Below the pieces are notes generated by a model, which was not told the origin of the DNA, did not search any database, and was given only the letters and a program-made list of their open reading frames with translations. Below are positions 61,875 to 64,000 of a stretch of DNA of 64,000 nucleotides, piece after piece. This DNA is from Sphagnum compactum (lineage: Eukaryota), in the NCBI GenBank assembly GCA_965153455.1, contig OZ234493.1:28324213-28388212 (forward strand), in the 5' to 3' direction. A program made the translations under genes and the position numbers. Positions within the stretch are counted from its first letter, which is position 1, and every line of letters begins with the position of its first letter.

Positions 61875-64000
61875 GTAGCACGGAGGATTCTACAAATCAT
61901 GAAAGCAGCAGCCCACATCCTTGAAGAATCACTTTGGGGTTTGCACCAGCCTTGGGCGGGTATTGCCTTTTGAACATACCAGCTCCAGTATTGGATCTAT
62001 TTTATTTTTCAAAATTCATACCACCTTGGTATTGGTATTGGACCTTTTGTAGGTCCGGATATTAGGGTTCAAGGCTGATTGTTGGCTGGTATATGAGTCC
62101 ACTACATACTTGATATTGAGATTGGTACAACCCTTGTATGAAGTTGGCATTACCTCTGGTCCCCCCCACCACGCAAGTACTGGTACGAGGCTGGTCTTAC
62201 CTCACGTCCCTACAAGGTATTACACTGGTATTACCTTGTACTGACTAAGCAGGCGCCACTACAAGGTTGGTATTGCCTTAGGTCACACCAGTTTGTTTGC
62301 TTCTTTGATACTAAGACCAGAGTCTATATACCGAGGTTCCAGCCCGATGATACCCACCCAAAACTGGTTTCAACTTTCAACTATACTAGCATGCGCTTAC
62401 ACTGCTGACTTAGCATCATGCAATGAAATAGCCCCATAATTATCTTCCATCGAATTTAGCTTTATGAACTTCATTAATTTCAAATATTATATGAAATATG
62501 ACACATCTCAATGTGTACATATCGATTGAGTTGCATTTATGTAAAGAGTTAAGTCATTAACATACATCAAATGTGGTTAGCCCAAGACTTAAAAGGCTGA
62601 ATCCAATAGTATGCCAATGGCCGTGTTTTACTATACAACTCCAAAGGTAATAACTAAACCTAGACCCTAAAACCCTAAACCTAGAAAAAGGAAAAACCTA
62701 CTAGAATTCCATGTTATACAAGTTTTGTACCACTTAAGACCCCTTGAATAATAATAGCTTTCAATATCCTATATAGAAAACATAAGGGTTTTTGGAAACA
62801 TGATATCACTTCCAAATGGGATTGGCATCATAGATGGTTGAATAAATATTTACCCATGTTTTCCAACATTGCTGTTGACTTGTTTTTATGGAATTCAAAT
62901 TTTCATTGGGACAAGTGCATTTCATACACATTTGGTTCAAATGTCAAATTTGGAATGTAAGGTATAATGACCTTAGCCATGTGTACAAGTCATGCAGCGA
63001 CAGCATAGCTATTCCAAAAGATAAACATGAATGTTTGTGTGGCCTCTTAGCCCTCCCTTTCATCAAACTTTTATTTACTAGCAAGATTTTGTCACAAAGA
63101 ATTTTTCAAAAAAAATTAAAAATGAAGTAATCTTGGAGAAAATAATAGTAAACATTGATAGATTTTTACATTTGGTTTTCAATGTGTAGCCATGAATATG
63201 TAAAGTTGATTAAATATTTAATATGTATTTAATTGATTTTGGATTAAACTATTAATTTTGGACTTTTCAAATTTGGTGATTAGGATCAAGTTTTCTGAAC
63301 AAAACATTAAAAATATTTTTTGTTGGAGGATCATTTAATGAGGCAAGAACATTATTAATATTTATTGTAGTATGGTATGGCAGTCCCCAAATTAAAGTTT
63401 ATTTTCAAATTTTCAATCTTCAAATGATCATTTATTAATTTTGAACTTTTCAAAAGTTTGAAATTAATTAAATACATGATAAATTTTATATTTCATATTT
63501 GGTTTGTAATTAGATTTAGCTAAATGTTTTTAAGGATGATCATCATTTTTCATACATCTTCTTAAAGATGATTGCCACTTACGCTGCATTTGTTTTTAAT
63601 TCCAAAAAAAAACACTACCCTTCATCGCTAAAGCCCATCATCTATCAAAAAGTCTATCAAAATATTGACATCACACATGCGAAACCAATCTTTGAATTAA
63701 TTTTTCATATTACATGCAATTATTGAACTAACAAAACCAATTAGACTTGGCACTTAAAGCCAAGTCAAAAAAATTTAAGTTGCATCAAAAAAGTTTTCAC
63801 ACCATCATTCTTTTATACTTTTAAAAAAAAACACTTTTTACTAGTCTTATTTCTCCATACACATGGGTATAAACAAAACGATTTTAACAATTCTAAATAT
63901 ATGGTGGTCTAAAGTATCATATTTTAAAATATTTGAGACCTATTTTATTCGTTCAAATTTATGAGAATAAAAATATAAAATACAATGAAAGATTTTGTTT

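Overview
Eukaryotic land-plant genomic DNA: AT-rich, spliceosomal GT-AG introns and many short TTTAGGG tracts. The repeat landscape suggests a moss, probably Sphagnum (inference, no search run). Five spliced protein-coding genes can be reconstructed by hand: (1) an ~862-aa low-complexity protein with an MGLCAS acylation motif (+, 11354-14633); (2) a group-A bZIP of the ABI5/ABF type with 5 coding exons including a 30-nt microexon (-, 20173-17331); (3) a 12-exon DHRS7-like short-chain dehydrogenase/reductase (+, 38823-42948); (4) NTF2 (-, 46258-45536); (5) a 3-exon hydrophilic protein with a transit-peptide-like N-terminus (+, 59837-61874). Intergenic DNA holds MITE-like elements, several minisatellite arrays, a foldback-like long inverted repeat and a decayed Ty3/gypsy element. 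Most notable observations: a base-precise 3.1-kb inversion that splits the gypsy reverse transcriptase (48531-51644); short interstitial telomere tracts, some of which look like telomerase-templated break-repair scars when compared with local paralogues; an isolated, dense ABRE/G-box plus RY-motif cluster about 9-10 kb upstream of the ABI5-like gene; and a duplicated acceptor-plus-exon in the SDR gene. No prokaryote-type system (CRISPR, operon) is supported.
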